NCBI GenBank assembly: GCA_964057225.1
Contig: OZ059895.1
Span: 18,538,001 to 18,602,000 of the forward strand
Length of the DNA stretch: 64,000 nucleotides
From: Auanema rhodensis
Taxonomy: Eukaryota > Animalia > Nematoda
Reading direction: 5' to 3'
The translations under genes were made by a program, and so were the position numbers. The notes beneath the pieces were generated by a model, which worked only from the letters and a program-made list of their open reading frames with translations, was not told the origin of the DNA and searched no databases. Of this stretch, positions 57,756-64,000 are shown in pieces (positions within the stretch are counted from its first letter, which is position 1; every line of letters starts with the position of its first letter).

Positions 57756-59862
57756 CTATGCTCTAGCTCTTTGATTTACAGGCATTCGTTGAACGGCAAC
57801 ACCGACTGCTAGATGAGGAAAGCAAAGATCATCGGGAGTAAATTTCCATATTTCAACTTCGCAGCTGATAAGCTGCAACATATTTTCATTTTCAAAAAAT
57901 TATAAGTAAAAAAACTAAGGATATGTTGGTAAAAATTATTTATTTCGAAAAAAAATAAAAATTTCTATACAGTAACCGGATATTAACTTACAGATACAGA
58001 ACCCAAAATGAAGTTTAGAACCGAATACATTAGAAGGCACGGGGACAACAAAGGGATATCAGCTGGTAGTGGCGAAAACAGTGAGAACCTGTTAAACCAC
58101 ATGCTCCGCCCATTTTAAATAAAAACACTTTAAATCGATAAGTAGCAGAAAAATTGTTAAATGATGTAAGCATTAGATTATGATAAAATTAGTTAAGGTG
58201 GAGAACTTCAGAGGTCCATGTCTTCAACTCCATGAATCGTTGATGGGCTTCTCTCAGTACCTAAAACAGCAACAAATGTTGATAATGTATGGTTCATAGA
58301 TTGCACCTCATCTCTGACATCGTAGATAGTGTCAGCTTCCTTAAGGTTTTCTTCTAAAGTTAGGAGATATTGGATGGCTCCATCGACGTAGGTACCATCG
58401 CCAAACACCTGAAGTTCAAACAGTTTTGATTTTTCAAGAGGTTTCAGCAACACTAACCTGCTGGCCCATGCTTCTTAGAGAAGTTAATTGAGCAATCAAT
58501 TGGTCAGCATTACCCTTAATGGACTTCAGGAGCATTTCTTCAGGAGCAGCACTGTAGTGGCGGGCATCATCTTCGATACGATTCTGAGAACAGACAAGAT
58601 TAAGGTTTTAAGTCTCATATTAATAAATACCTTGAGATCAGAGAGGGATGCGGACACATCCTCTACCTTTCCACGAACCCATTCACCTTTAGATTTCATG
58701 ATATCTACCTAAAAATATAGAACATCCATTCACTTTTTAGATATTGCATACCAATAAGAAACCACCAGAAAGCTGATCAAGAAGAGTTTTAGTCTTATCA
58801 TTAATAGGGTCAATAACTTTATCATAAGCCTAGAAATTTCAAATAATTACAATGTTTCAACCATATTTTTATTTATTATTTTATACCTTAGATTTGAGAG
58901 AAGCTACAATGGCAGAGGCAATTCCAGCAACACGCTCTCCGATTGATTGATTGGGATCCTCATTAATTTGAAGAGCAAGAGATTTTTCAACCAAGGCACG
59001 GATAATATCAAGAAGAGAATGAGATGTTTCAGCCAAATGAGCAAGTGGGACCTATAGAAAATGTCACATGAAAAATTAAGAAATGTATAGCTTACGTTGG
59101 CAAGGCGTTGAACTTCCTGGATGCAAGCAAAAATCTTTTGGACAAGAGCTTCCTCAAGTTCTTTTACCGAAAGAACTACCCTACGTCCAGCTCCTTTGGC
59201 AATCTTGAACGAATCCAAAAGAAGTTCAGCACCTCCAGCAGTTAAAGCCAACCCGAACTAAATAGGAGAATGAGTGAAGGAAAAAATATTCTTTCTAACT
59301 TGTGTAGCTAAGACGGCAGCACCCAATCCTACGGTAGTTCCATGAATGGCAACAGTTTTTCCGTGATCAATGGCTCCTTTTCCTAAATAATTTATATTTA
59401 TTACTTAAATTAGAAAAAACAAAAATACCAGTGCAATAAGCTCCAGCAACAGCATCACGAGGCTTTACATAAAATGTGTTGTAAGTGTTATTGGCTTTCT
59501 GTTGAGCATACTAAACAGAAACAAAAAAATAAACAGAATAGAAAACCACAAATACCTCGGTAGCATCAGCTACTTTCTGTTCAACACAGCTAAAAGTATT
59601 TTCAGCGAGAGTACAACTGTGCTTTGCCCAATCATAGGTTGCAAAAGCCTGAATTGTAATACAATAATAATAGTTAATCGCAAAGCGCGCTCCAAACACA
59701 ATCAACATTCAACATAGCTATCAGTTTTGATCAAAGCCTTTCTTTGTTAAATAAAATTTTATTATAGGAAAGTATTACCTGCTGAACCCATTGATTTTCC
59801 ATAACAGTGTCGTAGTAGCTTTGAGTTTCTCGTGAGTTATCTTTCATGGGCGTAGAATCCAT
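57756..59862 (-). CDS. plin-1: Perilipin / lipid droplet protein with alternative C-termini (short stop 58189-58191; long last exon 57872-57756)
   Basis: YDWAKHSCTLAENTFSCVEQKV, GTTVGLGAAVLATQ|FGLAL, APEEMLLKSI, VFGDGT..., YDVRDE|VLREAHQRFMELKTWTSE resemble C. elegans PLIN-1/MDT-28 as recalled. Confidence 0.85.
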
Positions 59863-60304
59863 AGTTACCTTAGAATATTTCAAAATTAATAATTAAATAA
59901 AAAAAAATACGAAGAAATATAACAAAGGTAAAGATTCTAGAACTAACTAGAACTATGTTGTTTGTAACGGACTTTTATCTGATGAATGAAAAGAGAGAAG
60001 AAGAGAGAAGGACGAAAAGTAAACGACAATGTTTATATCTTCGAACAGGCACATTAGTGACAACGTATAAAAGTTAAGAACTGATTGTGCGATTTATATA
60101 CTTTATATATTTATAGAAAATATATATACTAATATAGTAAACAATTAATAGGATGAGTCAAAGTAGTTTTGTTAGGTGCAATTTGGCGGCTATATTGATT
60201 GCCCGAAAAAGATCTATTTTATACATATTTATATAATATTTTCTTGTTCTATGTACATTGATCATCATTGTACGTCCAGGTCTTCCTCTAATGGCTACAG
60301 TGGG

Positions 60305-60913
60305 ATGTTAAGTTTCTTAAAACTTTCTATACGAGAGATGTCAAAAGGAAAATCTAAGATTGCGAAAGTAACTGCCTTTTTAAATTACCTGACTATTAGT
60401 TGTTCAGGCGGTCGCGACAAGTTCAAATGCACAGGAAAGAGGAAATTTGGAAACTGATAAGGCAATTTCGCTTAGCAATCAGGGACAAATAAGGTTGAGG
60501 GTTCATGCCCGACCCGGGGCAAAAGAAAGCAGTATCACAGGTTTGTTCATAGACTATGATTGTTCGTTGTCTTGAAGTTGTAATGAAATAGCTGTTTTGT
60601 CCACGTCAGACAACAGATTGCGCGTTCTTTAAATGCTGACGTTCCAGAAATACGAGATGACGAAATTTGTATTTCTATTAACGCTCCTCCAAGAGAAGGA
60701 CAAGCGAATGAGGAGTTAGTAGCATATGTTAGACAGGCTCTAGGTTTACGAAATAATGAACTTTGTTTCGACAAGGTATTCATAACTAAACTATGAACTA
60801 TTATGCATGTATTTTAGGGTGCTAAATCGCGTAATAAAGTTCTTCTTATCACATCCAACAGATTCAGTATACAAGATGTGACCGATAAGCTTAACCAACT
60901 TGTGGAAAAATAA
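60305..60913 (+). CDS. UPF0235/DUF167 (YggU/C15orf40-like) protein, 4 exons
   Basis: IRLRVHARPGAKESSIT, ISINAPPREGQANEEL, K|GAKSRNKV. Confidence 0.88.
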
Positions 60914-61842
60914 ACAATATTTTTATGACGCAAACTCATCATCTTTAATTGTCATCAATCATATTTATGTAGCGGAAATAAAAAAAATTAACTTTTTAAT
61001 TGATAAATCATGATAATCACAACCGCATCCTTTGCTCTTTCATTTTCAAATTAGCTCATAAGTAAACCGGTTGCACATAGCAATTGTTGTCTTTCTATTA
61101 TTCAAATATATTCCATAAACTTCAGGTTAAGAACGTTCGATTTGAAGAAGATCATGTTGACATATTCGGCTGCCTTGAGTACAGACTTATTAATTGCTGA
61201 CCCGAGTGTCAAGCTAACATGAATTCTCATTAAACTAATTGAATCGGTAAGTGCTGTGAGTATTCCATATTGGGTCATAATAATATGATTACAACACACA
61301 ATTTATACCAGCTTTGAGGCTTATTGTTCTATTCAATTCCTCAATTCTATAACTTCAGATAGATAGTGCCATATAATTGAATCACACTTCAATCATACAA
61401 TATACATTTCTAATGAGACATTTTTTAAAAGAAAGGCAATGAGGTATATTTATATTTTCTTTTTTTATTCTTGTTTTATATATATTTCAATTTATTTTAA
61501 TTATGTATTTGATTTATAATTTGAAAAGTTGAGCGCATATTTCTCAGTCTAATCTAATATTAAGATTTATACTGCTTGCCCTTTAACAACATAAAATGCG
61601 TTATTAATCTTAGAAAGACTTAGTTAATTATATTAAGTACTAACATATAATTATGTTATAGTCATTTCTACCTCGGAAATGTTTTAAAGGTATCAAGATG
61701 TATTTCATTGATGCTCATATGTAGCTCTTACTAATCGTATAATCTGACTCATAATCCAAAATTTCTACGCATTTACCAGTATTGTCAGCTATTTATTTGT
61801 TGTTATATATACCATATTTTTTCCCATTAGTCAATTTTATCG

Positions 61843-61844
<2 letters not shown>

Positions 61845-61915
<71 letters not shown>
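61845..61915. repeat. (TC)n microsatellite
   Basis: Direct reading. Confidence 0.95.
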
Positions 61916-63668
61916 GTTTTAGTTTAACTGTCTGAACATCCTTACCTAAGACCATATATCTTCTGATTAGTTTATTCTACTCTGATATTACAAATGAAAT
62001 CGACTAAATTCTGGAATTATATCTGATTTTCATTTTTGCATATCTTCTTAATAAGCTCATTAGACTCCAGGTGGTATACAAGGCTTTAGATTGGTTTTTC
62101 GACTATAATGATCTATCACTTCTCCCCGCTTGCTACACCTCTCTCTTTAAATCTCTTCCACCCTCCATTCATGCTCTATCTCACCCTTCTCTTTGAGTCT
62201 TGATTCCATTCTCTATGGCAATCTCTCATGTGCTCACTACATACAAGCAGAAAGGAAGGAAAATGAAGAGAGAGAGAAAGATCAAATAAGATGAGAGAGA
62301 AAGAAAGAAAGAGAGAATGAATGAGTGAGAGAAGGAGAATATGGGCGCAATTGACTTGAACAGCTAATTTCTTATCAAAATCCTTTTATAGTTAACGCAC
62401 CATAGCTTATAGCCTCGTATACATATTCACCAGACCACCTGCAAAATCACAGAGTTGTAAAATAGCTGAGACTACCTTCTACATCTCTGTGGTGAAGTTT
62501 AGTTAGCTGGCCATTTGCCCATGTGGTCAAGTCATCTTGGGTAAGTTTTACGCATATAATATCACAAATAGTATAGTTATTATAATATACTAAAGATGTT
62601 GCTGCAGCTTTTGTATGAATCTTCGTGCTAATTTTAATTTTTTATTCTTCTCATCCTATTTGCGCAGCTCCTCTATTAGTAAATTGATAGTTCTATCGAG
62701 AAATGGACTATTCTCCACTAGTTTCTTAAAGAATAAAAGAGAAAAAGTGAATAAGGAAGATAGTATTAAATGAGAAAGAGTAAGAGATAATAAGAGAAAC
62801 AGAAGGAAAGACAATGAGAGAAAGAGAACGATAGCACATGTTGAGTATGTCTGTGTCAATGTGTGTGAATGGAGAGAACTAAGTAGAGAACAATCCTTAG
62901 CTCCGTGGGCTCTTCATCTTGTTAATTTCATCTGTTTCAAGTAGTAGTAGTAGTAGCTGTTTCGGTATATCTCCATAGAGAAATGTCATGAAAGTCTCTT
63001 TCAATCTTACATTTGAATTGCTTTAAAGAAGAAATGATACCAAGGATGTTCTTCTTGTGTAGATGTGCTGCCAGATTCACGTAATGCTTAGTCCATGCCC
63101 CTCCATACATACACACACACACACACACATAGGCATTCATCCAGAAGCTTGAGCTTTTTCAGCTCTTGTTCAGCTAATCCAGCTGAATTCTATGTGTATT
63201 AGTTTACTTATCTGTCTCCTATTTGACATCTTCCATCAGAATTCTATAATCTTACGCCATTTCTTCTTTTCTCGTTGTCATCTTGCTTCTTCGTTCTGTG
63301 AATTAATACAAGAATAATTTATCATCCAATTTTTGCCATCTTGAAACACCTCTCAGTATATGATGATCTCTTTATTTTCTTTCTTTCTCCTCTCTCACTT
63401 TTCTTTCTTATTATATTTTACTGATCGGATTCACGTTGGGCATTACTAGCCAGATCCAGATGTAAACATTTGTGTTTGTATGTTTGTGACATCGTTCAGA
63501 TGTTTCCACCACGAGCATAGGCGTTCACTGCTCTGACAACGTTTCCTAGTCATGGTCATGTTCTTATGTATATGAGACATTTCAAATATATATTTAGTTA
63601 ACTATATATTTTTATTTTATTTCTTTCATCTCAACAATGTATTTGATGAATCGTCATGCATCTCGTTG

Positions 63669-63673
<5 letters not shown>

Positions 63674-63731
<58 letters not shown>
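63674..63731. repeat. (CT)n microsatellite
   Basis: Direct reading. Confidence 0.95.
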
Positions 63732-63732
<1 letters not shown>

Positions 63733-64000
63733 TCCTTAGGTAACACTATTTCCAGCCTTCAGAGCAATTGTTTAAACTTCATGTGCTCATATATCCTTAT
63801 TCAAACCATTATGTAAAAACAGTGAGTGTGATATTGGAGGATGATAAGCTTTATAATTTGTCTGTGTTATCCTGTATTGAATAATGAAATGTTGGCAGTT
63901 TTGTAGATGTTTTCTCTTCTTCTTTTTCTTGTTCTCTTCGTTTTCTCTTTTATTCTTCTGCTATCTCAACCTTCCAGCCGAAGTGATTTATTCTTCTCTC

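Overview
AT-rich eukaryotic genomic DNA from a rhabditid-type nematode. Supporting signs are H4 with Cys73, C. elegans-type histone hairpins, cuticle collagen and cuticlin genes, TTTCAG acceptors and many 40-50 nt introns. Bases 1-7244 are the end of a tandem array of a 3688-bp histone quartet (H4-H2B-H2A-H3, all on the minus strand, no H1). After it come intron-rich single-copy genes reconstructed by hand: a saposin-like protein, EF1-alpha, a cuticle collagen, a MANSC-type membrane protein, a knirps/eagle-like (NR0A) nuclear receptor without ligand-binding domain, a class 3 lipase, AGXT2, mir-235, a nucleotide-diphospho-sugar transferase, p66/dcp-66, a KIAA1143 homolog, an Ala/Pro-rich secreted protein, syntaxin-7/12, MIC13, a ZP-domain cuticlin, perilipin and a UPF0235 protein. 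The most notable observations are the cryptic knirps-family gene, the divergent promoter of the terminal H4 copy, an intron/3'UTR inverted repeat and two candidate structured RNAs. Exon boundaries were read by eye, homologies are from recall, and no searches were run.
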